Below, piece after piece: positions 12,183 to 24,794 of a stretch of DNA of 64,000 bases. Made by a program: the position numbers and the translations under genes. Position 1 is the first letter of the stretch. Each line of letters starts with the position of its first letter. The notes below the pieces were generated by a model. The model had not been told where the DNA came from, did not search any database, and was given only the letters and a program-made list of their open reading frames with translations. The DNA lies in NCBI RefSeq assembly GCF_963676685.1, contig NC_092355.1:63550001-63614000 (forward strand), read 5' to 3'. Source of the stretch: Mytilus edulis (Eukaryota).

Positions 12183-12716
12183 CTGAAAAGGTGAGAATTT
12201 GTTTAATTACTTTCATATCAAATTCAATAACATTCGAAACAAATGTATAGCACTTTTAACTTAAAAAGTTCTACAAAATAGCATGTAGCGTAACTTTAAA
12301 AAAACAATGCATCCTAAAGAAGACATGCTATAAATGAAGGCAGTTATAACATGATATGACGCTTAAATATAAAGACTAGATTAAGCATTTGGAGTTCACA
12401 ATTCCACTTCAGCTATTTTCAGGGAACATTTCTGATCAACAAAAGATGGATTCCTCAGGAAAATGTTTTTTTAATGTTTTTGATAAAGTTTTACCCATCG
12501 AAATTAAATTGTTGGAGATTTTGATGAACAGTTAAATAAAATGTGAGGAAAATAACAGTATTTTCATCAAAATGATACGACAATAAAAGCATAGACTTGC
12601 CAAAAAAAGCAGGGTGTCTTAAAAAAAGGGCATACAGCGTCATTTAGAAAATGGCAGACAGCCCTATGAAGACAATCAAGCTGAATTAAAACTACAGAAA
12701 TGTAACATTGACATAC

Positions 12717-12799
12717 TTAGTAACACCATAATCAATTCCAATAGTTGCCAGGTATTTGTGAACAAATCTTTTCTCACAATATCTTTTGATGATACAACT
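12717..12799 (-). CDS. DNAJC27: DNAJC27 exon 2 (SCIIKRYCEKRFVHKYLATIGIDYGVTK), switch I
   Basis: tttcag acceptor, gtatgt donor, 83 nt; nearly identical to the RBJ segment SCIIKRYCEKRFVSKYLATIGIDYGVTK. Confidence 0.96.
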
Positions 12800-13327
12800 C
12801 TGAAATAAAAAGAGAATATATTTTAAAACACATTATGAATTATAAATTTATGTACAATGCAACAATGTTAAACATTGAACCGATGCATGACAAAATCCAG
12901 TGTACCATATTAAAGCTATCACAGAAATACATGTATGAGTTTGTGTACAAAAATCATATTATTTATATTTCAAATAACACTTATACTGGCCATGGTCTGA
13001 AATTGAATTGAATATTTCTGTGCCACTTTGACTCTGCAAATTTGATTGATATTAAATTTAAACACCAGATGGTTGCAGTTTGTTTAGCAATTTTATCATT
13101 TTAAATGGGGTAAATTCCAAATCAATTACTTGCAATATAATTAATTATGATAAATAAAATTTAAAAAAAACTGATTGGTTTCATTTTAAAATACTTTACA
13201 TTCAGTTGCAAAAATAAATAATTACATTTCAATTACTTTTGTGCTGAATTTCAAAAAAGGTAATTAATCATAAAGAATTAAAACATAGGAACCTGTTAGT
13301 ATGAGGCTTTACATGTTGTTTAACACT

Positions 13328-13550
13328 GATTTGATTTGAAATAGCTTATAAGCACCACATTTAGGCTATTTCGTGGCGGCCAGTTTTTATTGGTAGAGAA
13401 AACTGGAGTGCCTGGAGAAAACCACCAACCTTCGATAGGAAAACTGACAATCCTAGTCAATTAAGATTGGAGTCAAGCGCACACCAGTGGGGTTCGAACT
13501 AACAACCTTACACCTTGGCTAGGGATTACACTGTAGTCACTCAGCCCAAG
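13328..13550 (-). mobile_element. tRNA-derived SINE with V-domain-like core (bivalve BivaV-like)
   Basis: Minus strand: A-box-like GGCTGAGTGA, B-box AGTTCGAACC, core GGTGGTTTTCTCCAGGCACTCCAGTTTTCTCTACCAATAAAAACTG, (AAATC)n tail. Confidence 0.7.
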
Positions 13551-14444
13551 ACTTATCATAATTCAATGTCTTTCATAAATTTTGGCGATTTTTTATCGTT
13601 AAATAAATTCCTATTTATCAATGTTTAAAAGTCATGTAAGTTGTTTTGGTTTTTTGGTGTGTATTTTATAATACAATTGATTTATTTTGTTCAGTTAATA
13701 TGGGGATGAGGTCCCCAATTACGATAGAAAAAACAAAAAAATTCAGGAAAATTTCCCGAATTTTTCATTCTACTAATGAACTCAAAATCGTTAACTTTTT
13801 TTCAGATCTACTTTCTTTTCCGGTCTTGTTTGCATGAGACTTTGAATACAATGTATATTTATCAACATATCAACAAGTAGGAAGGAATTCAACACCCAAT
13901 CATTTTTAATAATTGTTTGATATGAAAAAACGTTATCTGGATAACTGACAATCCTAGTCAATTAAGATTGGAGTCAAGCGTACACCAGTGGGGTTCGAAC
14001 TAACAACCTTACACCTTGGCTAGGGATTACACTGTAGTCACTCAGCCCAAGACTGATCATAATTCAATGTCTTTCATAAATTTTGGCGATTTTTTATCGT
14101 TAAATAAATTCCTATTTATCAATGTTTAAAAGTCATGTAAGTTGTTTTGGTTTTTTGGTGTGTATTTTATAATACAATTGATTTATTTTGTTCGGTTAAT
14201 ATGGGGATGAGGTCCCCAATTACGATAGAAAAAACAAAAAAATTCAGGAAAATTTCCCGAATTTTTCATTCTACTAATGAACTCAAAATCGTTAACTTTT
14301 TTTCAGATCTACTTCCGTTTCCGGTCTTGTTTGCATGAGACTTTGAATACAATGTATATTTATCAACATATCAACAAGTAGGAAGGAATTCAACACCCAA
14401 TCATTTTTAATAATTGTTTGATATGAAAAAACGTTACCTGGATA
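13443..14444. repeat. Near-identical tandem duplication, 2 x 501 bp, in DNAJC27 intron 1
   Basis: AACTGACAATCCTAGTC at 13442 and 13943; duplicated track ORFs at 13646 and 14147; about 6 mismatches. Confidence 0.95.
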
Positions 14445-15027
14445 ACAGCGTTTCTTTGTTTACATTGAATATTATGTCATTTATAACTTAAATAACGTCA
14501 CAACTAAATCCCTAACAACAGAACCAATATCGGAAACGTTACGGTATTTCCGTTTCTTTTATCAACATCAACATTGAATTAAAATAAAAATAATACAGAC
14601 TTCGTCCCCATTCACAGGTAATGCCTGCCTCATATTAGTGCAGATAATTTGATTTTGCTTAGAAATGGAGTGTAATGGGCTACAAAAATAAGTAACAGAG
14701 GAGGCAGAAATATATGATACAGATAACTATGGGAATTTTAAAAGTACAGTGCATCATAAGCCTATGAAGGCTGGCTGAAAAAATATGTTTCATATTTGTA
14801 TTATAATGTTATATCACTATTATTATTATCAGGCTGCACTTTAATAAAACAATATATATATATATGCCAATCAACTGGTATGTGTTATACATTGTATTTA
14901 TAGTGCAAATATGTCTGCCCCAAAATATCTATAATATGATATGCACCCCCTGTGCAAGGCTGTGCCAAGGCAAGGGGCAGCTAGCAGCTCTACAAAATAA
15001 AAATAAACAACAGTAACAGTAAACTAC

Positions 15028-15099
15028 CTTTCCAGCTTCAGCATTTCCCATGCTGATTATTTTAATACGCAATGACTTTTTCATTTTGCCCATTTCCAT
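15028..15099 (-). CDS. DNAJC27: DNAJC27/RBJ exon 1 (MEMGKMKKSLRIKIISMGNAEAGK), P-loop
   Basis: ATG at 15099 with an in-frame upstream TAA; the peptide matches the RBJ N-terminus LRIKVISMGNAEVGK; GT donor follows (AAG|gtagt); 72 nt. Confidence 0.93.
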
Positions 15100-15351
15100 A
15101 TGATCTTGGTTTTACAACATATTTGTCATTGCAGTCAAAAATGGTTGAACCTGATGAACCGGTTTTGGAACTTTTCAGTAAAGTTTTTGGGACCAATTTC
15201 TATAAGAAATCACACAGGTGTCTTTCTATTCGTCATGATAGATAGTGGTAAACTACTGAAATGTCTTAAACTATGTGCTGTCTTTGCTTTAATCTTGTAC
15301 CATGTCACATTTTTCTTAGGAATGTTTTATAAGCGTCGATGGCAACTCCAA

Positions 15352-15359
15352 CCGGAAGT
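15352..15359 (+). promoter_or_regulatory. ETS/GABP-type motif CCGGAAGT in the probable DNAJC27 promoter
   Basis: Exact consensus about 250 bp upstream of the ATG in a locally CpG-containing stretch. Confidence 0.45.
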
Positions 15360-16796
15360 TGATATATCACCGAACAAAAACAGAAACGAGATTTTTCATT
15401 GGGTAATTTCAGTGAGGCAGTCAAGGGGAATCTCTATTCTTTACCGTAAATAACATAAATACCATCGATTAAACAATTAGTACAAATTGAAAATTTATTT
15501 GTTATCTAGCCTATAGTGTTTATAATATTCTCCAGAGACATATAATACAAAGTAATACGTATTATATGTCTCCATGTATGAGATGACATAAGACATAAAG
15601 CTTTATTTAGAGTCGGTATAAGCAAGCAATTACAAACATAAGCTCTGAAGAGCTTTTAAAACCGACATAACAACAAATAAAACAAATAAAACAAAACATA
15701 CATATCGAGTCATGCACACAACATTAAACATATAAAGCAAGAGTTCAATCAGTATATAAACATGCAGCACAAAAGTTCTTTAAGCATCTTACAAGTTTAA
15801 CACATACTGGTACATGCAATTATGAGATAAAAACACAAAAGCACAAATGAAATGGTTTGCACATAAAAAGCATAAAAGCACATTAAGTTTCTAAAATTAG
15901 CACAAAAGCAGCAGAAGCACTATAGTAAAGATATTAGAATAAATTTGCCATGCTGAAAATAAAGCAACAAAACAAAAAAATAATAAGATATCTCTGTATT
16001 CATATACATTAGACAAAAAAAACTATCAAGCAATTTACAATCTTTTTTTTTGACAGTATATATATATCGCAGTTTGTTTGTTTGTTTTTTTTTTATTAAA
16101 ATGTTATTTTTTTTATGAAGATTGAATTTTTTTAAAATCACGATTTTAACGAATAAAAAGACGTTTCTTCGTCGTTTTCTACATGCTTCCACATAATCTT
16201 AAAAAAAGACATAAGCAATCAAAACGGTAAATTCAGTACATCACGTACGGTCACACTATTTGTTGGATCGCACAATCTAATTCTGTGCCACTTTGAAGTT
16301 TAATCTTCGTTTGTTTTGATATACTTTCATACCAGCTTGCAAATTGTATGCATAATCAAACTGACATTGAATCAGAAAAGATTACAATAATTCCCGGATT
16401 GAAAATTTAGACACTCTGTGTTTAAATATAAAATTTTAAGAAACTGATCAATTATAAAATTCCGAAATATTTTAAAAAAGTTTGGGATTCAATATATTCT
16501 ATTCCTTCAAGTCTTGGATTGAATAACAGTAGGAAATGCCTGTACCAAGTCAGGAATATAACAGATGTTATCCATTCGTTTGATGTATACTTTGAGCTTT
16601 TGATTTTGTCATTTGATAAGGGACTATCCGTTTTGAATTTTTCTAGGAGTTCTCATAATTATTCTACTTTTTTAAACGTTTTACAAACAATCATTAAATT
16701 GTATAGCTAATTCTTCTTTTTTGTATCTAACCAATATACATTATTGCAACAATGTCAAATAATTATGCTCAAATAAACTTTTGTAAAAAAAAGTAT

Positions 16797-17105
16797 TTAA
16801 GGAATTGACTGTAATATTTTTTCTGTCTATGAAGAAATAACATAAAAAATTTGGTGCACACTGAATAACGCGCGTAGCAGGTTATCTAACAGTGTGCACC
16901 ACATTTTTTTTATGTTATTTCGAATAGACAGAAAAAATATTACAGTTATTTCTTATAATTTAATTCTAAATTCCATTTTAAACCATAGAAAACCATGAAA
17001 AAACGTTGATGACGTCACGGTCACATGACTAAATTATGTCTATGGGCTCATAACAAAATAACGTCAGCCAATCAGAAGACGCGTTACATCCAAAATTAAA
17101 TTATT
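16797..17105 (-). mobile_element. Terminal-palindrome repeat, family P1, copy 2
   Basis: Reverse complement of 5623-5926 over the full length. Confidence 0.8.
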
Positions 17106-17943
17106 AACATATGCATACTCAATTCAATATACTTTTTGGTGGAACATATAGAGAAAGGATATCCAAAACCCAAACCTTAACCCTAACTTTAATATAAACC
17201 CATTTTAATAATTCGTTTAATCCCGCTGCAATTGTTCGCACCTGTCTTAAGTCAGGAATCTAACCCCAGTGGTTTTCGTCTATTTATGTGGTTCATAAGT
17301 GTTTCTCGCTTCTTGTTTGTTATATAGATTAGACCGTTGGTTTTCCCGTTTGAATGGTTATACACTAGTATTTTTTGGGGCCCTTTATTGCTTGCTGTTC
17401 GATGTGAGCCAAGGCTCCGTGTTGAAGACCGTACATTAACCTCTAATGGTTCACTTTTATAAATTGCTATTTGAATGGAGAGTTGTCTCATTGGCGCTAG
17501 TACCACATCTTCCTATATCTAGACATAGACTCAAATCATAAGCCGTACTTCAACCTTTTATTTTCATGATTAACAAAAACCGTAGACCTCACACTAGACC
17601 CGACTTAATAAAGTGTAAAACCAATGATTTGCGTAGTAAGACTTACAATAAAAATCCTTGATAGAACGTATACCCTACCATATACCCTAAAAACTAACCT
17701 TAAACAATACTTTATCACTGTAACCATAACTCGACACTTATTCAACTCAAATAACCCTTCCCTATCTTATCTCTAGGTAAACCTTACTCTACTTACGTGT
17801 CTCTTACTCTAAACTTCAAACCAACTGTAACCCCCCCCCCCCCAAAAAAAAAAAGAACAAACCTGACCATACCTTATCCCTGAAACTCAAAACCTAGTCT
17901 TTATCCTAAAAAATGATAACAGCAACTCTAAAAAAGATATTAT

Positions 17944-17985
17944 GCGTCCAAAGCGCTCTTCTGGATTTTCCTTCATCAGGAACGG
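17944..17985 (-). ncRNA. Degenerate minimal type I hammerhead ribozyme (Penelope/retrozyme type)
   Basis: Minus strand CCGTTC-CTGATGA-AGGAAAATCCA-GAAG-AGCGCT-TT-GGACGC: stem I, core box, short stem II and palindromic stem III are present, but GAAA reads GAAG. Confidence 0.5.
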
Positions 17986-18365
17986 TCAAAGTCGAAAATT
18001 TGAAGGCTAAGGATGAATCATACAAAACTAACAATTAAAGCTAAGTTTCTAACCGAAACCTAACCCTAATCGAGGTGGCTGACAGATTAAAGGGAGATAC
18101 AGAGAAAGGAAAGAGGTGACGAGAGACATACAAAAGAAAGGAGTAAAGGGGTAGAAAACGGAGACAAAAATGTAATAATAAATGTGAGCTATAAAACAAT
18201 CATTTATAAAAGGCTTCACGAAAGTGCATGTCGTGCATGCTAAGAAATTTCATAGTAATAGTGAAAAAGACCTCATTAATACCCCATCCCTATCCCAAAC
18301 CCTAACCCTCAGGCACCCTAACCATAATCTTGACTCATTATCTAATCCTATATAAACCCTGAAAT

Positions 18366-18949
18366 NNNNNNNNNNNNNNNNNNNNNNNNNNNNNNNNNNN
18401 NNNNNNNNNNNNNNNNNNNNNNNNNNNNNNNNNNNNNNNNNNNNNNNNNNNNNNNNNNNNNNNNNNNNNNNNNNNNNNNNNNNNNNNNNNNNNNNNNNNN
18501 NNNNNNNNNNNNNNNNNNNNNNNNNNNNNNNNNNNNNNNNNNNNNNNNNNNNNNNNNNNNNNNNNNNNNNNNNNNNNNNNNNNNNNNNNNNNNNNNNNNN
18601 NNNNNNNNNNNNNNNNNNNNNNNNNNNNNNNNNNNNNNNNNNNNNNNNNNNNNNNNNNNNNNNNNNNNNNNNNNNNNNNNNNNNNNNNNNNNNNNNNNNN
18701 NNNNNNNNNNNNNNNNNNNNNNNNNNNNNNNNNNNNNNNNNNNNNNNNNNNNNNNNNNNNNNNNNNNNNNNNNNNNNNNNNNNNNNNNNNNNNNNNNNNN
18801 NNNNNNNNNNNNNNNNNNNNNNNNNNNNNNNNNNNNNNNNNNNNNNNNNNNNNNNNNNNNNNNNNNNNNNNNNNNNNNNNNNNNNNNNNNNNNNNNNNNN
18901 NNNNNNNNNNNNNNNNNNNNNNNNNNNNNNNNNNNNNNNNNNNNNNNNN
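18366..18949. other. Assembly gap (584 N)
   Basis: Run of N. Confidence 1.
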
Positions 18950-19339
18950 TCCCTATCTAAACCCTGAAATAATCCTGACCTTTACCCAAACCCTAACCCT
19001 AACCTTCACCTAGATTTTGTTTATCTTAATCAAAACCCTATGTTAGGTTAATGATAACTATGTTAAATTTAAAAAATGAAGTAGAAACAAAGGATTATTA
19101 TGAAGGACTCATAAGAGAGACCTTTTCGTTTAAAGAAGGAAACTATAGTAAGGAAAACAGTGATCCCGTTTGTCAAATTTTGGTAGAGACTTGATTAACG
19201 TGAGAACGTCTTAAATTTTGATAAGAATACAACGATATAAGCTAGAGGATATAAGTTCAGTTTCATAACTTCGTATTGCACCATTGCAAAAGGACTGCTG
19301 TCAGGTCACCGTACGGCATTCGAAGACTTTTTGAAATAG

Positions 19340-20138
19340 CTGTGGTGCGGCAGAAGTCCTTTTGCACCATTCACTGTTTTTCAGGGGTTTCATTTGCGCC
19401 AAATTTTGTTTTCCAAATGTATCATTTGCGCCAATTTACCCGTATACATATCTATCATAAATATTAATGATTGGTATTTATTCTTAACTATTTTTGGCTT
19501 CAAAAGTATCATATGTTGGAGTCGGAGATATCTCACCATGAAGATAAGCATCTGTAGAGAAATGACTTGAAATGCTTTAGACAGTCCATGTACAGAGAGA
19601 GAGAAAAACAAACGTATTGCTTTGCTGAATCTTTAAGACAAGATATATCAAAAGAGAATAAGAAAAGAAGCTGATTATGTTATAGCCACATGTTTTGATG
19701 ACACAGTGATTTGTTCTCACGACCCGTATGGTCTGAAACTCTACCTATCTCAAGACGTACCAATAATGGAGCAGAAGCATTCCACATAAACTATTATGAA
19801 CTGTCTTATGCATTTCACCCTTCAATGTTTGTCTTTTTAATCAATAAAGTGAAGTTTATATAAGCTACTACATACATTAACTGATTGGGAAGTTATCATG
19901 CAGTAGCAGTAAGAAGAAAGTATGTTTCAGAAAAGAAAACATTTGCCGTGTAAACTGTCGGTTCCAAGTCCGAATAAAGGAGGAGTAAGTAATTTTTCTT
20001 CTAATTGGCGCAATCGTATGTTTTATTTTTGGCGCAAATGAGACCATGTAATTTTAAAACAGGTGGCGCAAACGTAGCATTAGAGAAAAAAGTTGTGGCG
20101 CAAAACGACGCATTTTTGGCGCAAACAGATCTCTCCCG
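19340..20138 (+). mobile_element. Internally deleted MULE (Mutator-like) transposon with decayed transposase
   Basis: Frame 19729-19863 reads WSETLPISRRTNNGAEAFHINYYELSYAFHPSMFVFL (MULE RTNNxxExFH..HP motif); RQSMYRER near 19579; TTTGCGCCA repeats on the left and five TGGCGCAA repeats on the right. Confidence 0.7.
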
Positions 20139-21164
20139 GTGACCTATAGTATGTCTGTGTCATTTTGGTCTTGTGGACAGTTGTCTCATTGGCAATCATA
20201 CCACATCTTCTTTTTTATATTTTTTTTTACCGAAATTCAGAGTAGTATATAGATCTGCATATGCACACGTTGCAGTTATACGACATTAAATCATAGTATC
20301 ATGAATTTCTTTTTAAAACACGCTCAAATAAGGAAAATTAGACAAATAATGTATTGGAAAAGTAGAACCTTGTTAAAGAAAAACGGTTACATATGCTTTT
20401 TGTTTACTTACATATATATACCGTCAGAAAAGGGTTGGGATTATGTTTTTCTCTGACTTTTTATGATGTCTTTCACCTAAATCCGTTAGATGTTGGATGT
20501 GTATTGATTGACAATTTAGTCTCAGATGCATGCTTTGTTTTATTAGTTGATAGAGACTTTGCACAAGCTGTGAGTAACTGCGAGTACTCTCAGATCAGTG
20601 CCGAGTAACTTTTTGTTGTTGCCCGGATACAATACCACGGTACCCGGCCACGTCCACTCAATCTGTGTTTTTGTTATACCTATTTCTAAAAAATTGTGTC
20701 CACCTGATCAGTTGAGCTCTTTTCAACTGATTTATATATTTTGTTCTTATGTTGTACTGTTACACCCCCGTTGTCCAAGTTGTAGAAGATGGGTCCCGTT
20801 AACATGTTTAACTCCACCACATTCTGTATATATATTCCCATCCCAAGTCAGAAGCCTGTAATTCAGTGGTTGTCGTTTGTTTATGTCTTACATATTTGTT
20901 TTTCGTTCATTTTTGTACATAAATTATGCTGTTTTCTCGTTTGAATTGTTTTACATTTGTCATTTCGGGGCCTTTTATAGCTGACTATGTGGTATGGAAT
21001 TTGCTCATTGTCGAAGGCTGTACAGTGATCTATAGTCTATAATAGATCACTGTCGTGACAGCCTTCGACAATGAGTATTAATTGTTAATTTGTGGCAATC
21101 ATACCACATCTTCTTTTTTATAATTAGGGTTGGTATTCTAATCCATGATTTAATATAGTTTAAA

Positions 21165-21670
21165 ATAAAATTGAGATTAAAATGGGGAATGTGTCGAAGA
21201 GAAAACAACCCCACCAAATAGCAGAAAACCACATAAGGCCACCAATGGGTCTTCAACACTTCGAGAAAATCCCGCATCCGGAGGCGGTCTTCAGCTGACC
21301 CCCAAAACCAAATGATTACTTGTTCTGTGAAAATGGATGTCATACTTAACTCCAAAACATATAAATGAAATACAATTAAAAAATCATACAAAGAACAAAG
21401 GCTCCTGGCTTTTGACAGACACAAAAATGCGATTTGGTTAAACATGTTTAGTGAGATCTCAACTCTCCCCTATATCTCTGGCCAATGTAGGAAAACAAAC
21501 ACACAGTAATACGCACTGTTTTACTTCAAGTTAACAGAAGTAAGAGTCCGATGTCAGAATAGGTAACAAAAGAAACTAAACAAAATGACAATGCTACTAC
21601 ATAAATTAACAAAGGACTACTAAAGCAGTTACTAACATGCCAGCTCCAGACCTCTATTAAACTGTACACA
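21165..21670 (+). repeat. Interspersed repeat family C (AAAATTGAGA..AAATGGGGAATGTGTC..ACAACC..GGCCACCAATGGGTCTTCAA)
   Basis: Reverse partial copies at about 31015-31095, 32775-32875 and 43310-43430. Confidence 0.7.
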
Positions 21671-21989
21671 TGATATAATTTAGTAAATGTTTTTATCATT
21701 TTGTTTTTACCATCTTCTGTCAAAGGGAAAATAAGAATTTTAAAAAAGAAATGAATATAAAGTATTGAGCACCTTATTGTACCTGTCAGGAATCTGAAGT
21801 CCAGTAGTTATCGTTTGTTGGTGTGGTTTATAAGTGTTTTTTTCCCTTTTCTCTTTTTTATATATATATATAGATTAAACCGTTGTTTTTCTCGTTTGAA
21901 TGCAAGTGTTTGAATGGTTTTACAATATTCATTTTTGAGGTCCTTTATGATAACTTGATGTTAAGTTTGAGTCAAGGCTCCGTGTTTAA

Positions 21990-24794
21990 AGGGAAAATTC
22001 ACGATTTTTTACTTATGGTTTAAATATGTTCATTATGACATAATATATATATTCACAAAGTTTTATCGCTATATGTGCAGTAATAAAGGAGAAATTCAAT
22101 AATTAATGAAAAAATATCAACTACTTCCTGTAGGTCGTGACGTTTTCTCCTGATTTTTGCATGCCGGGATTTAAAATACAATCATTAAAAGTCTTGGTTT
22201 TTAATCATATTTTAACGTAATCGTAAGCGCGCCGATGACTTATGCTTTATCTAATAACCATCCGATAATAAGAAGATAAAACGCACAGACGTTCAATTGT
22301 ACTCATTCGTGAGATAAATTATCTATGTTAAACGTATATATTCGAATTATTTTTGTAGACAACACAAAAAGTTATAAATTTATTTTTAATAAATGCATTT
22401 TCGGACTGATAAGGTGAACAAATTAAAGTACAATAATCTGTAAAGACAATATGTTGGTGTACTATTATTGACCTTTTACTATCTCTGCTATGGCTAGGTT
22501 TATACGATGTGTGTATTCACGGTTCTGTGGCAATACTCGTAGATGGCTTGTTGAAAGGTAAATTGTTATTTGCACTTCGGTATTTAACCACGCCTCTAGG
22601 GCACACCTTGCCAGGTGTGACTGTCTATTCGGATCAGTGGTAGCATTTAATACACACATTAAAAATACATATTCAAGTTGGTGACAAATAAAAATTGGTC
22701 GCCGTGGAATTATTTAATTATATTTGGTGCTATTATTTATTTGAATTCAAATAAGTTAATTTACTAAGAAATACACAATTTTCGGTTAAAGACGGGAAAC
22801 TTAATTCATATGTCAGAATGAAATGATATACAAGTCTTGTCCTTGATTTATGTCTCATAAAAAAGGGGGACTTAGAAATTAGAAATAGCTTTACTAAATC
22901 ATTTTTATTTGTCTTTATTAGTCGAAAAAATGTACGAGAACACTTACATTTAGACTTTTGAAAGCCATGTATTAATTAATATATGAAACTATCTGAAGAT
23001 AACTCTACCGAAGCGGAATATAATATGTACGAATAAAGAAAAAAATATTTTTGTAATGGAATCGAAAAATTACGAATAGATATTCTTTTCAAGTGTGATA
23101 AACGTCAACCAAATTTATTCATAATGGGGAACGTCCTTATTAAAATCTGAGACAACTATAATAATCGTCGTCTCCCAACGTATATATATACTTAAATAAC
23201 TATTTGATCAACGATGTTTAAAATTAAAAGACAACGAATTTAATGTTATCTTTCCCTATTTTTGAATGTTATAATAAGTCTGTTCGACTTGCAAGAATAC
23301 CCCTAAAGCGGACAAATATCCGACAAGCAGTTTATTCTTTAAATTGCTGTCATTGAATATCAAGAAAGAAAATAAATCCCGAAATTGATACTCAATAGTT
23401 TTCCTAGAAAATATTCACATTCCTTGGGGATTATTAGTGTACGTCCAGTTGCATATATTTTACATGAATGTTGGAACAATTGTGATGATGACGAATTTCG
23501 TCCTTTATTCGAGAACAATTTAATTGATATATAAATCTGTGAGTTTACTATGTTCTTAACTTCGATGAACCAAAGCAAGTTATAAATTGACCTGTATTTA
23601 AATCAAATTGTTTCTTTTTTTTTCTTCTTCTTCTTTTGGTATACAATAGTCTATCGAATTCGTTGATTACATACTGTTGGCATACATGGACTAGTCTATT
23701 TACAAAACTTTTACCACAATTTACACAAAATGTATGTTTTTTTCTTATGTTCAATGTATACATGTATACATATTTTAAATTGCGCTACTGACTATAGTTC
23801 CGTAACTTTCTACCAGGCGTATGTATACACGAATCGTCGACAAGTGCGCACATTTTTTTAGATCAATAATTCTGGTATGTTCCAATCTGTCCTAAACTAT
23901 TGACAACGAGTATATATTACATTTTCCCAAATAACCCTTGGAAAAATATGTAAATAGATTTGTATTTCTTCAATTATTTTTTTTTTGTATTATTTTTTTT
24001 TTATAAATAATATTCTTTACACCAGAAATGTTATTTATAAACAAGCGTATGAGTTCAGTAATGACTAGTATATTATATCACTTTCGGACACGCAAGACAA
24101 AAATGTATATTATACATGCACCTGATAGTTCAAAATGGAAAGTTATAAGTAACGGTCGTGTACACTGATCAATACCTACAGAAGTGAAACGATGCATGAA
24201 CTTGCAAGCCCGCCGGACAGGAAATCGATTGAATACCTGGACGTGTCACCTTACACCCCTTCCAATACCTTTGGGAGTAATACCTTTAGCCATGCTGGTG
24301 ATCAGATAAGGGAAGATCCGAATTTATTTAAATAAAGTTTATTACTTGAAAGAATTATGAACGAATTAGATTTTCGAAAACAATTTCCACGGAACACTTA
24401 TTTATCATTTTATGATTTGAACTTTGACTTTTTAACTAATTACAATATTATCAGTTTAAAAATAACAGACTATATGGTTATTTAAAAATATAAGACCATT
24501 TTCCGTATCAAGTTAGTCAGTCAGATAAAACAACCGTACGATTGACAAGATATCGACACGCAATTACGACTACATCGTTTACTGTAGTTTTGTTCCTTTG
24601 TGGTTTATTGACATATCGGGATTTTTCATCGGAGAAGGTGACAAGATGGCGGAGAGTAGAGAACTGATACTCAAAATTTAAAATCGATGGTGATCTCTTA
24701 TTTAGCGGAATAAAACTTTAATATCTATAAATTTTAGCATTTTTATACAGAATGGACATAATATCAATTTTTGATTTTTTTGCGAAGTTTCCCT
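21990..24794. mobile_element. 2.8-kb non-autonomous TTAA-flanked (Kolobok-like) transposon nested in a family A repeat
   Basis: TTAA|AGGGAAAATTCACGA ... TGCGAAGTTTCCCT|TTAA; removing it restores AAGGCTCCGTGT-TTAA-TACCGTTC, matching the intact copy at 17411-17435. Confidence 0.8.

Noticed and set aside
13490-13550. tRNA gene
   Set aside because: A and B boxes are present but no cloverleaf could be built, and the sequence continues into a SINE core and tail
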